Origin: the human T2T-CHM13v2.0 reference genome, Homo sapiens
Length of the DNA stretch: 64,000 nt
NCBI RefSeq assembly: GCF_009914755.1
Contig: NC_060925.1
Direction: 5' to 3' (one strand)
The position numbers and the translations under genes are program-made. The notes beneath the pieces are model-generated. The model searched no databases. It was not told the origin of the DNA and saw only the letters and a list, made by a program, of their open reading frames with translations. Every line of letters starts with the position of its first letter. Position 1 is the stretch's first letter. Of the stretch, positions 27,996 through 41,427 are shown one piece after another.

Positions 27996-29165
27996 AGACT
28001 AGCCAGTGAGTATCTAATTTGAAAGATCAAAAAAAAAAATGTTTACCAAACATTATTGTTGGAGTGTCTGAAAAGGCTCAATATGGATATAGTATCCTCT
28101 GGCCTACTTGGGTTCTGAATAAATTGAGAAATAAAAATCAGTAGGGCAGATGGGTCAAAATATCACGTTTGTTATTGTTAATAGAGGAGTTAGAAAATGT
28201 AGTTTAGTGGGAGAGCCAAGTAGACTCTGTGAACTGAACCCCTAAATTAATGTAGCTGCTCAGTCCCAGGCAGTTTCTCTCTCCAGGGCTGCCTTCTCAG
28301 GTAAGACTTACAGACTGGAGACTCAGAGGGAATCTCTGGCTTCCATACTTAGTACTCAAGAAAAAAAAAGGAGTGTGCTGGGTCTAGCAAGCTTGGTTTA
28401 TTCTTTCCAAATGTGCTAATCAGCCAAGTTACTCCCTCCTCCCTTGGCTGAATGAATGAGAGGCCAAGAGTGGTTACAGACAATCTGTCCATAAAGAATC
28501 CCAGGAATGGAAAAATGACATTCCTCTCTCACATTGCTCAGGCTTATTTCTCTATTAGGTTTAATCATTAAGAGTAATGGGTGTGGCTATCTCCCCAGGG
28601 GAGAACTGCAATCTATCAAGAGAGTTCTATGTTTGCCTTCTTAAGGCTCCTTTCCCCAACACTGGTTGCTGCTCTTTTGGGTATCCTTTCTGAGGGGAGT
28701 TGGGAGTTTGCTTCCAGAAGACTCTAAGATGGATCAAAACAGCACATTAATCAAATCAATTTCAAGGCTCTCCTACTGGAGTTGAAAACTCCTTATTCTA
28801 TTTCTCATCCTAAATTATGTCTACTTACATTGTCCAATATACAGTATCAGAGATTCTGCCATGAGATTAAATATGACATAAAAGATGCTCCAATAGTAAG
28901 ACAAATAAAAGGCTTCAATAATAAAATACCAACAACATTGAGATGGCCCAAATTTGATTGTAAACTTTCACCAATGTTCAAATTTCCAAAGAGTTAGATT
29001 CCCTTGCAAATGAAAATCCAAAGATATTGAAGTCTAAAATAATCTTCCATTGATCTTTCTATTCCCATGTCATTATCATACTGCTTACGTATTAAATTTT
29101 ATAATATATTTGGATATCAAATAGTGTAAACCTCCTTTACTCGTCTTCAAAAATAACTTAGCTTC

Positions 29166-29440
29166 TGGGAGGCCGAGGTGGGCAGATCACGAGGTCGGGA
29201 GATCCAGACCATCCTGGCTAACACAGTGAAACCCCGTCTCTACTAAAAATACAAAAAATTAGCCAGGCGTGGTGGCGGGCACCTGTAGTCCCAGCTACTC
29301 AGGAGGCTGAATCAGGAGAATGGGTGTGAACCCGGGAGGCAGAGCTTGCAGTGAGCAGAGATCGCGCCACTGCACTCTAGCCTGGGCGAAAGTGTGAGAC
29401 TCCGTCTAAAAAAATAAATAAATAAATAAAAATAAAAAAA
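29166..29440 (+). mobile_element. 5'-truncated AluY
   Basis: ACCATCCTGGCTAACAC, GGAGAATGG, GAGCTTGCAG; TSD AAAAT(A/T)ACT(T/C)AGCTTC. Confidence 0.93.
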
Positions 29441-30224
29441 ATTACTCAGCTTCATTTCTATTGGCTCTTCTAGAATAACATTAGAATTATTTTACCTAGA
29501 CAAAAAGTACACTTTTGATCAGAACTGTATTCATTTCATAAATTAATTTGGGAAGGATGGACAATATTAGATCTTTTTATACATAAACATGGATCAGCTC
29601 TCAGTGGAGAAATGTTCAACTACCATCAGATGATCTGGTACATCAATACAAACAAATGTGTTTATCACAATATATCATTCCCAGGGCTAGTTTTGTTTGG
29701 TTTTAAGGATGGGTTAAGAGGTATAAAAGGAAGGCAGTCAGTGGGGATTGGCAGCTAGTAAAAGTTAAGTTTGCAGCAATGTAGAACCAGGATAGCAATA
29801 CTTAGGTAAAAAGGCCTTAGCAGCATTAGACAAAAAATCAAATCACAGAGGTGACTGAATGGTCTGTCCCAATTATAAGGTTTTTTTGTTTTGTTTTGTT
29901 TTGCCATTGATAACTAAATTTAATCCATTTACATACAAGAAATGAGCTACCTGCATGAAGTTAAAGCGGTGACATGGATGATGCATAATCTAGAACCCGA
30001 CTAAAGCATCAATGTTCAGATTACAGAGAAAGACATGCTACAGGTTACCTGATCTGCTTTGCTGCATTGGTGGCTAGGTCTTCACAAACATCTGTTTGAC
30101 AGATCTGTCAGTCAGATGTTGTGGGTATCTACAATATGGAGAGCTGGACTAGACAGCATCAAATGTGTTTCACTGTCTTTTGATGACACCAAATTAGATG
30201 GCTACATGGGGCGGGCTGGGGCCA

Positions 30225-30490
30225 GCAGTAAGAGCATGCATGGGTTCTGAGCTATGATATCCTGTTCATGGCTGAGATCATGGCCACATGTTAGTTCTAG
30301 AACATGTTGAAATTTATTCTGCCTTTCTATGCCTCAGTTCCCTTATCTATATAACCGTGTGTGTCTAGAGGGGAACACCACCTACTTTATAGGATTGCTT
30401 GGATGATTAAATGGGTCAATGAATATAATGTACTTATTTAAAATGCTGTTAGGCATAGAGTATGTGCTCAACAAATATGAGCTGTTATTT
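30225..30490 (+). mobile_element. MIR
   Basis: GCCTCAGTTCCCTTATCTATA...GATGATTAAATG...GCTCAACAAAT. Confidence 0.7.
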
Positions 30491-31254
30491 TTATTTTTAT
30501 ATTATTCTAATTTCTCAAAGAGGGGAAAACTTTTTCTGCATTGCAGTAGCTGCTGAAACTTAGGATAAAATATGTATGTGTTTTTTATTCTTTATTAACT
30601 CCTGTAGGATCCTTCCACACTCCCTGCAGACAAAGGTGACTCCCCTTCTAGGCACCAGCTGCCTGTGAAGTAGAACAGATGTATAGTAAACATCAGGCAG
30701 TATCTGGAATAGCTACCCACCTTCTTCCAATTAATCATGCAATGTGGAAATTGGAGAAAACTTTTATATTTAGTGCAATGTTCCCCTTCACATATTTTGC
30801 ATTAATTTGGGGTATGATGATTGCTGTCTGACAAGTGTAGACAGTGGAAAAGTCTGTGATGGGTCCATAACTCTTTAGTGGCTTGGTGTTAGCATTCTTC
30901 ACAAAAATTTATGTCATCCACTTCGTCAGGAAGTCTGATGTAAAGCTCAGAATTTTGAGAATTGCTGGAAATTCCAAGGAGCCGGGAGAGGATATTACAC
31001 AGTGTTGCTAAATACTTCAACTGTATCACAGATCTTAACACTCCCTGCACTCTAGAATTACCTGGGAAGACTTAAAAATATCCATGTCTGGACCCTAGCT
31101 CAGTCCAGTTAAACCAACTCCCTGTAGGGCAGGACAAATGCATGACTTTTGAATAATCTCTTATCCCACAGGACATGGCCTTGCTAATATCTTTGATAGT
31201 TCCTTTCAGGGCATTTCCCCCAAAATCCTGAATGCTTTCACTCTTCAGATTACC

Positions 31255-31770
31255 ATTAGAATTATTTAAGACTTTGAGAGGTGGAAAACTCTAAAAGTTC
31301 AACCCATCTCACCCTCCACCCAGTGAAGGAAGCTGATCTATAGAATTCTTGACAGCTGGCCATCACTAGATGATTGTATGCCTTTGGTGGCTGAGAACTC
31401 ACTACCTCTCAAGCGAGACCATTTCATGCAGACTATTACTGGATGGTGCCAATTATTGAAAAATATGTTCTTTTGTTGATACAAAATATGTTCCTTCTGA
31501 CTAAAATTCAACTGGTTGAAATTTGCTCTCTAAAAAATAAACCTAATCTCTTCCATTGGCAGCCCTACAAACATTTAAAGGGATCTATCATATCCTTCCT
31601 GACTCTTTTTTAACTTTCACAAACTTAGATTCTACACTTATTCCCAATAGGATAAAATTCATAGACTGCTCCTAATTCAGGTTAGCTTTCTTTAGACATA
31701 CAGTTGTTGGTCAAAGTTCTTTTCAAAACACAATACCCCAAATTAAAGAAAGCATTCTAAGTATTATCTC
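31255..31770 (-). mobile_element. L3/CR1 fragment
   Basis: GAACTCACTACCTCTCAAG...CCATTTCA...CTAATCTCTTCCA...CAGCCCT...CTATCAT, typical of L3. Confidence 0.6.
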
Positions 31771-31981
31771 ATACATATCTAATATTCACCTGAATGAATA
31801 CACCATCCTTTAGATAACTGAAAGACTTAAGATAGGCCTTAAAGGATATCAAAAGTGTATACCAAGAGTCTCATATCTAGGAAATAAGCATGTTCATCCA
31901 TGAAGGCAAAAAAAAAAAAATGTGACATGTTTAGAGAAGGCTGAAGAGACCAATTTAAACATAGATTTGTTAATATATGAT

Positions 31982-32402
31982 TATATTAATTTTCTAATGC
32001 TGTCATAATGAAATGCCATGGACTAGATGGCTTAACAACAGTAATTTATTTTCTCAGTTCTGGAGGCTAGAATTTCAAGATCAAGGTGTGTGCCAGTTAG
32101 GTTTCTCCTGAGACCTCTCTCCTTGGCTTACAGATGGCTGCCTTCTTGTCAGGTCCTCACATGGCCTTTCCCCTGTGCACGTGTATCCCTGTCATCTCTT
32201 TGTGTGTCCAAATCTTCTCTTTTTATAATGACATAAGTCAAATTGAATGGGAGCTCACCCTGACAGCCTTGTTTTAACTTAGTGATCTTTTTAGATGCCC
32301 TATTCCAAACGCAGTCACATCCTAAGGTACTGGGGATTAGGGCTTCAACATATGAAACAGGCGGAGGGGGGGCAGGGGCGGGACACAATTCAGCCCATAG
32401 CA
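31982..32402 (-). mobile_element. MLT1B LTR
   Basis: CAGTTCTGGAGGCTAG...CTCTCTCCTTGGCTTACAGATGG...GGTACTGGGGATTAGGGCTTCAACATATGAA...ACACAATTCAGCCCATAGCA. Confidence 0.88.
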
Positions 32403-32405
32403 ATA

Positions 32406-32566
32406 GCTATCTATCTGTCTATCTATCTAGCTGGCTGGCTAGCTAGCTACCTAATGTATCTCCTATCTATCATCGATCTATATATTTCCTATTTATCTAT
32501 AATCTATCTATGTATCTTCTTTCTCTCTCTCCTATCTGTCTACCTACCCATCTCCTATTGTCTATC

Positions 32567-32613
<47 letters not shown>

Positions 32614-32632
32614 CATCCATCCGTTCATCTCA
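32406..32632. repeat. Complex (TCTA)n microsatellite; pure core [TCTA]11[TCCA]2 at 32568-32619
   Basis: Counted directly. Confidence 0.95.
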
Positions 32633-32811
32633 TATGTATGTTCTTGGGGCTTCTTTCTCTATTCTCCTTGCCACAGGTCCCAGGATCTCAATCTAATTTT
32701 CTATCCTTTTCAAGGCTTTTAACCCAAGACTGATACAGTTGACTGGGACTCAGTTTCTGAGGCTTCCACCAAAAACAAACATAAAAGATTCTTAAGTTTT
32801 TGTTTAAAACA

Positions 32812-33350
32812 CTTCTGATTTTGAAATAATTTTAGACCTACAGAAAAGTTAAAAAACATGGTACAGAAAGCACTCCTGTATTCTCCACTCAGCTTTCTCC
32901 AACGTTAACATAACTGTAGTGCAATGATTAAAACCAGGAAATCAACATCTATACACTATTAGTAACCACACTACAGATGGTAAAATTTCACATTCTTCAC
33001 TACTGTGCATTTTGTATCATCAGAGCTAGTCCAATATCCCACATCGCTTTTAGTTGTCTCCTTCAATCTGAGCTATTTCCTCAGTGAGTCCCTGTCTTTC
33101 ATAACCTTCATACTTTCAAATAGCACCAATATTTTGTAGAATGTTTCCCATTTGCGTTTGCTCAATGTTTTTTCATAAAAACCTTAAATAGAAAGAAGTT
33201 CATACATTTTTGGTGAGAATACCACAAAAGTGATGTTGTGCCCTTCTCACTGCATCTTATCAGATGGTGCGTGATGTCGATGTGTGTTACTGATGGTGAT
33301 GGGAACCTTGGTCATCTGCTTAAAGTTGCATTTGCCAGAGATTTAAATTG
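32812..33350 (-). mobile_element. L1MC-like 3' end
   Basis: TTTTGAAATAATTTTAGACCTACAGAAAAGTT...AAAACCAGGAAATCAACAT. Confidence 0.75.
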
Positions 33351-33768
33351 TAATTTGTTTTTCTAATCAGCAGTGTAGACAGATAAGGGGAAATTCAGAC
33401 AAACTTGGAGCAGTCAAAAAGATTAAGACGTCCTATAAGCTACTTATGGTTTTTGCTTCTGGTCTAATAATGTTCCAGATTATTTATAGATGACAATGGG
33501 AAATCCCAGTAAACTGTGATTTTTTTTAACTTTTTGGGGTTAGACTCTTCCAATCTGAAATCAAACTTCATCTCTGTAGAGTAACAGGTGTTTGATAATA
33601 AGACCCCACTTAAGTACGTAATTTGCTTTCCAAACCTGGTGATGAGGGGTGAGCTTTAGCCTTCACCATAGTCTCCATCAATCCACGACTTCCACATCAA
33701 ATAAGCATATGCTCTAATTACAAATGCTGTGCTTGCTATACTAACATAGTTTCAAGACAGTTTCCATG

Positions 33769-34147
33769 TGATAAAAGAAACTTCAGCCAAATTAAATTTA
33801 AAGGAGTTTAATTGAGCAATGAACAATTCACAAATCGGGCAGCCTCTTGAGCCACAGTAGGCTCAGAGACTCCGGTGAACCTATGTGGTGGAAGAAGATT
33901 CATGAAGAGAAAAAGGAAAGTGATGTACAGAAAATGGAAGTGAGGTACAGAAGCAGCTGGATAGCTTACAGCTCAGCCTTTGCCTTACTTGAACGCAGTT
34001 TGAACAGTTGGCTACATTTGATTGGCACAAGTCTAAGCTATGGTCTATTTACACCTCCACTTGTTATAGTTCACGATGTGCAGAGAAACCATTAGGCTGA
34101 ACTTAAAATATGTAAGGAGGCAGCTTTAGGCTAAATTTGATTTAACA
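33769..34147 (-). mobile_element. MER57-family ERV1 solo LTR
   Basis: TGATAAAAGAAACTTCAGCCAAATTAAATTTAAAGGAGTTTAATTGAGCAATGAAC...TTTAACA; perfect 4-bp TSD CATG. Confidence 0.85.
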
Positions 34148-34684
34148 CATGGGACAACTACCTGTTTCTTTCTGACCAATTATTTCTTAGCCCCATTATG
34201 TCTACATATAAAGGACTACTGCTTTCCCAGTCTCACTGATTTATTTTATGAGACTTATCTCAGATGGAACAGACCTTTGAAATTTATATATATACACACA
34301 CACAAATCCTATGTCATTTCCTTTCTGTATTTTTTTTTTTTTTTTGTATACTTTTTCTCTTCTAGGGTAGTGGGAAGCTTACATCAGGGAAATTAGCAAA
34401 TTTCCTTAGGCAACCTACAAAGAAAAAGATCTTAAAACCACTCTCCAAATTTTGTTGTGTGGAACCAGCAATTCTTTTGTGAAACCAGCTACCACATATT
34501 CTATCATTCTTCATTTCTGAATCTCAAGTTCAGGGCATTAGATAAGCATAGACCTTAAGTTCTACATCTCTAGATAGGAAGGTTGAGTCTTTAGTGGGCT
34601 CTGCCTAATATCTGGCAGGACACCTTATTTTAAGGTGCAACCCTTCCTTTAGACAAATGAAATGTTAGTCTCTTTGCTGTCAAC

Positions 34685-35148
<464 letters not shown>

Positions 35149-35589
35149 GTAGAGTCTATTGCAGATATCTGGCCAGGTGAGAAGAGAGGCATGAGGACAC
35201 CATTAGAAATGGAGGTCCTGTCCAGCTGTGATGGCAATGCAGGTGGATCATCTAAGGTGAATCATGAAAGTAGACAAAACTTTCTATTAAAAAATCTTTC
35301 TGGAGGTACTTATTCTCAAAGAAATTTAGTGAAATAGAACCACTTTAGACTAAGTAACCACCTCTGAAATTGGATACTTAATGTGGTATAAAAGAAATTC
35401 CCATCTAAAGGTGGTGGGATGAATTTGGAGGGAAGATTGAAGTTATAGCATATCATTTGAAAAGAACTTTGTGCATATTGTTTTGCTCCATAGGGTTCAG
35501 GTAGGAAAGGGGTAGAGGTGAAGGCCGGGAATGTTGAGAACAGAACAACTAGACAGGAATGACAGAGACAGATATAAAGTATAAATGAA

Positions 35590-35820
35590 ATGTCTTTTAC
35601 TATGGGCTAGAGTGTTTGCAGCACTGTCTACATGTTATCCCCAATTATCAGAACAGCCCTATCAAGGAGAAAATATTCTTATTGTCATTTTACAGATGCA
35701 TAGTGAGGTTGAGAGAGATTAGTATGCCAAGGGTGAAACAGCTAGCAAGTGATGGGGCTGAGATTCAAACTGAGGTCTTCTAACTTTAGAACTCAGTGGC
35801 GTAACCTCTGCACCGTAATA
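35590..35820 (-). mobile_element. MIR
   Basis: CATTTTACAGATG...GAGGTTGAGAGAGATTAG...GATTCAAACTGAGGTC. Confidence 0.75.
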
Positions 35821-36909
35821 CTACTATGGAGCTGGAATCATAAGAACGGAAACATCAGAACAAAGACATCTGAGCCAAGCTTCAGCAACCCACTTCTCTG
35901 ACCAAAACTTGAATTTTGCTATCATCTGGTCTATAACACCTGTGAAATCATAAACTCCAATATCTTACTCTCTGGTCATAACTTCCTATATTTCCATTGA
36001 TATCATTTTATTACTTTACTCCTGCTCTTAGATATCATCAGGACCAACAGTCCCTTAACCCTGCCATTTCCCCATCCATCCCACCCTCCTGACTTCAGTC
36101 CCTTTGCCACCAAGGCACACCCCTACTACTGTAACCACTCTGTCACTGTAACCCTTGCCCCTGTGAGCCTGTTCTTCTGCTGCACCCACTCAGAACAACC
36201 TTAGCCCCAGGCAAAAGCGGTCAGAAATGAGGCATGCCACTTTTAAGCCTGGCTTGTAAAATTCTCCAGTAAATCCTTATGCACTCCTCCTTTCCATCTG
36301 TCAGCTGGATATACATGACCATTGCAATGTGATGAACAAGATGGCAAAAACTCTTTTATCTTGATATCCTGAATGACTGTGGACTAGAGCCCCCCTATGT
36401 CACTATCACTTGGAAGTTATGAAAAAAAGAGAAAGAAACAAACATCCATTAAATTACTGAGATTTCAGGTTTATCTATTATAGAAGCTAGATTTACTTAA
36501 TGAATGGAGAAATTGTTGTCAGAATTGGGGTACAATTGGATGAAAAACCTAAAATATGTGGCACTGACTTGGCAATTTGGGGGGTGTCAAAGAGACTGAT
36601 ACTGGAAGCAGGGCAAGTGGACATGGCCTTTCAAAGCCAAACATTTAGCAAAACATTTGATAAAACATGGAAGTAACATGACATGCAGGCTGAGTCAGTG
36701 ATCCTAAGGAAGATGGTTGAAAGGATCAAAAAGAAATGGTTATAATTGTTTGTCATTGGAAAGTTATTATAAGAAAGAGATAATCTCAGGACACAACTGG
36801 CTGATTTTTAATCAGAATGAAAAGAAATAGATGTCAGGAGTTTGGAGCCTCAAAAGTAGGAAAAGCCTACTGCCTGTAGACCCCAAACATTGAGAAGATA
36901 TATTACTTC

Positions 36910-37245
36910 TGAGACAGCCGAGTATAAATAGGTCGTTGGAGAACCTGTGCCAGCCTGTGCACTGGGGAGAGTACGTACTAGAGTAGAGCCTCACTAAGTT
37001 CATGTCGTTTGCAGGGGGAAGGAGCCTGGCCTCTCCTGTTCTGGGGTGGAAGCGGGACATTCAATCTGTGAGGCAGGAAGCCTACTAGCAGGACTCTTGC
37101 TTTGCCGAGAGTCCCTCTTTCCCGTTTTTTCCTGTTCACCAAATAAACCCTGCCTCCTCACCCTTCAAAGTGCCTGTGAGCCTAATCTTTCATAGCCATG
37201 TGACAAGAACCCGGCTTTTAGCTGAACTAAGGAGAAAGTCCTACA
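36910..37245 (+). mobile_element. MER61 LTR
   Basis: TGAGACAGCC...GGAGCCTGGCCTCTCCTGTTC...CAATCTGTGAGGCAGGAAG...AATAAACCCTGC...GCTGAACTAAGGAGAAAGTCCTACA. Confidence 0.85.
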
Positions 37246-37258
37246 CTTTTAATTTTAA

Positions 37259-37311
37259 TTTGCCATTACTTTTAAATGGCAAAAACTGCAATTACGTTTG
37301 CACCAACCTAA
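37259..37311. mobile_element. MADE1 (Hsmar1 MITE), left arm truncated
   Basis: TTTGCCATTACTTTTAAATGGCAAAAACTGCAATTACGTTTGCACCAACCTAA followed by TA. Confidence 0.9.
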
Positions 37312-37411
37312 TAATTAAAAAAGAAACTTAGTGACAAAGGCTTCATAAAATGAGTCAGTCGAACAACGTGACTGATCCTTGCAGCAGAGATGAAATTAAG
37401 AAATAATATAA

Positions 37412-37657
37412 GGAAGGCCTAGGTAGGTGGGTTACCTGAGGTCAGGCGTTAAAGATCAGCCTGGCCAACATGGCAAAACCCCATCTCTACAAAAAAATAC
37501 AAAACTTAGCCCCAACTTGGTGGTGTGTGCCTGTAGTTCCAGCTACTTGGGGGTGCTGAGGCAGGAGAATTGCTCCAGCCCAGGAGGTCAAGGCTGCGGT
37601 GAGCCATGTCCACTGCACTCCAGCCTGGGTGACAGAGCAAGATCTATTTCTTAAAAA
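37412..37657 (+). mobile_element. 5'-truncated AluJ
   Basis: GCCCAGGAGGTCAAGGCTGCGGTGAGCCATG; TSD-like GAAAT(A/G)ATATAAG. Confidence 0.88.
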
Positions 37658-38018
37658 GATAATGAAATGATATAAGAGAAAACTGTACATTCCTATATAT
37701 ATTTCAAGGGTCTCAAAGTAAACTGATATTAAGAAAGAGAGCATGAAGCAAGAAAGCAAAAAAAAAAAAAAAACAGATTAAGAACTTTGTCTAGAAAGTA
37801 AGCAGTAAGCTTGGATTGGATTTCAGGCACAAGGAACTGACTGGAAACAAATAGATCAGAAGCTTCCTAAAATGTTTAGGTTATGCCATTTATTGTTATT
37901 TAGGTTATGGTATTGTTATGTATTATAGCAAAGATACGAGTTTAGACTAGAAAATCTTTGGCTGGTGAAACTAAAAGCAACTACTGGGTCCTCAAACCTC
38001 ACCAGCAAAAAATCAGGC

Positions 38019-38220
38019 TGTAACTGAAAATGATCGGTCTGCTTTTGGTTCCGTGTTTTTCCTTTCTTCAGACTTTTTTTGCCTATAAAGCCCACCTCTC
38101 TGCTCAGCTCATTGAAGCACCTTTACATTTTGTAGATGGGATGCTGCCTGATTTGTAAAATGCTAATAACAGGCAATTAGATCTTTGAAATTTGCTTTGT
38201 TAAAATTTTGTTCTTTGACA
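38019..38220 (+). mobile_element. MER65-like LTR 3' part
   Basis: CTATAAAGCCCACCTCTCTGCTCAGCTCATTG...AATTAGATCTTT...TCTTTGACA. Confidence 0.65.
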
Positions 38221-38713
38221 ATGAAAACAGAATTTAGTTAGTAATGCACCGTGGGAAGAGCATTCCAGGCAAAGCAAAAAGGCACATAGGTAACTATTTC
38301 TCCTGCTTCTCTGGTAGAGGGTAGTCTGTGCTGCAGCATATGAATGCCATCTCTATTCACAAGTGTTTGTTTGATCCCATTGCCCAAAGTAGATCCCACT
38401 GCCAGCCTCTGTAACCAAAAAACATCAAATGTGATTTTCTCTCCCATCCTGCAGTGGGTCAGGTGATTATTTTTGTATTGATGTACTTTCAGCAAGATCT
38501 GCGTTCATACACCAGTTTACCTCTTACCTGCAATGTGATGTGTAGCAATTTAAAATAATTATCTGAGGCTTGGTTTTTTCATTTCTAAAATGAAGTGTAT
38601 TACTAAAAGTGAGTCTTACAGTATTCTACAGCAAACAAAGATCTAAGTAGCTTAACATGACAAAGGTTTATTTCTATGCACAAATACCCATGTGGGTCTG
38701 GATGACTTTTTAG

Positions 38714-39176
<463 letters not shown>

Positions 39177-41078
39177 CCATGCTTCCTCTTTTAGCAGCCT
39201 ATTGTCCAGAACTCATCTCCCAGCCTGATCCAGCTGTAGGGAGGTCTTCCATGAGCTAGAAGGGCAGCAGTAATATCTACCTTGCTTGGATAACAAAACT
39301 TTTCTCACAGGAATGTTGTAAAATTTATACAAGTTAGGTAAAAGAAAGTTGCTTTATAAACTCTAGAAAGCTATATCCATACTATAAAACTCTGGTCTCT
39401 TGATACCCATCTAGGAATATAGATTTGTGAAATCTTAGAAGATCTTTATTTTGGAGAACTACTTTCAAATGACATCCTCTCTTATTTATCTGTTTTGCTT
39501 TTGAAACATAGGCACACTAAACTGTAATTCAATTCAGTAAACACATATTAAATACCTACTATTCAAGTCACTTTCCCTAATTCAGTGCAATCAGACCAGA
39601 TTTTTGAGGCTAATTCTAACAACAGAATGAATAAAGCCAAATAAACCCTTTGAAGGGTGCCTGACTTTGTTGGCATTGGGCACCAACAAAGCCCAGATGC
39701 CATGTTTCTGCAAAGTCCTTCAAATGTTAGGGGAAAAATAATTCAATGCTTCACACTGTACAAAACATAACTTCATCTTGCCCCGCATATTTTCCCCAAG
39801 AATAAGTGGATATTTAATATCATAGGGGTTTCTAGTAGCTCAGCTCACCGTGGGCTGAAATTTTCTCTGCACAGTTTAATGCTGTGTGTATATGTGTCTG
39901 TGTGTGTGTGAGTGCGTGTGTATGTCTTTATGTAGCTCAAACTTTTCTAAAAGGAAGTCAAACTGTCCTCTCTCTGCCTTATCCCCTTTACTCTAATCCA
40001 TCTGTTATTATTCCCCTGGCTTCTCTGAGGACTAAATGTCGCTAACTTAATTTTGTTGAAGTTAATGATATGGCAATAAGAAAAAAGACAGAGGGAGAAA
40101 ATGGTAGGATGTTGATTGCCATTAGTCTATACATATATAATTGAAGATTTCAAGTGGGGGAAAGTTTGCTGCAGCGTTGTTAGAACTGCTCTTCAGGGTG
40201 TGATTGCCAACCAGGTTTCAAAATTGCAGAGTGGGAGAGCAGCCTGACATCAGGGAGGTGGGTAACAAGCTGCTGAGCCTCTTGCCAAGATGTAATAATT
40301 ACGATGAAAATGCAATAGTCTCACTGCAAGAGGCAGAGGCTATTTAGAGTATCCCCCACCCCCACCTCGCTCTGTCGTTACTGATCAAGGCTCATTGTTC
40401 TCTCACTTAATGTAACCACAGCTTTCAGATTTCGAAGTGCTTCTTAACTTATCCTTCTTTGTCATTCTGCTTGAATGTTATCTTTGGAAAATGGAACACA
40501 ACCCACAGTCATAACATGTGCCCCTTGTGAAGGAGGATGACACTTAAGGCACTTGAACACAGGCTAATAAGTGCTTTCAGGGCTGGGTGTAGGCGGTAGG
40601 CTTTATGAAAGTTCTCTAACCCCCTGAGAACTTAGATCAACAAAGACACAGGTCAAAAATCTACCACTAGATGTTATTTTCCTGGAGAAGTGGATGCACT
40701 TTTAAAATCTTTGCTGCAAGTTGCTTGTAGCAACTACTCTCAGAAACCACTCTCATCCCAAATGTTACTGTTTTTTGTTTTTTTTTTAAACACATTTATT
40801 TTAGGTTTGGGGGTACATGTGAAGGTTTGTTACAGAGGTAAACATGTGTCACGGGGGTTTGTTGTACATATTATTTCATCACCCAGGTGGTGAACCCAGT
40901 ACCCAGTGGTTATCATTCTGCTCCTCTCCCTCCTCCCACCCACCGCCCTCAAGTAGACCCCAGTGTCGGTAGTTCCCTTCTTTGTGTTCATGAGTTTTCA
41001 TCATTTCACCCCCACTTGTAAGTAAGAACATGTGGTATTTGGGTTTCTATTCCTGCATTACTTTGCTAACGATAATAG

Positions 41079-41427
<349 letters not shown>

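Larger units (their letters stand above)
36215..38015 (+). mobile_element. MLT1J-like LTR (about 36215-36508) plus MaLR internal sequence, hosting nested inserts
   Basis: TCCTGAATGACTGTGGA...CTGAGATTTCAGG...; internal start AGAAATTG...AAAACCTAAAATATGTGGCACTG. Confidence 0.55.

Noticed and set aside
28840-28990. Possible MER104/Kanga DNA transposon remnant
   Set aside because: Similarity too weak to call by eye; needs a Dfam search
37259-37311. miR-548-family precursor
   Set aside because: MADE1 left arm is missing, so the full hairpin cannot form
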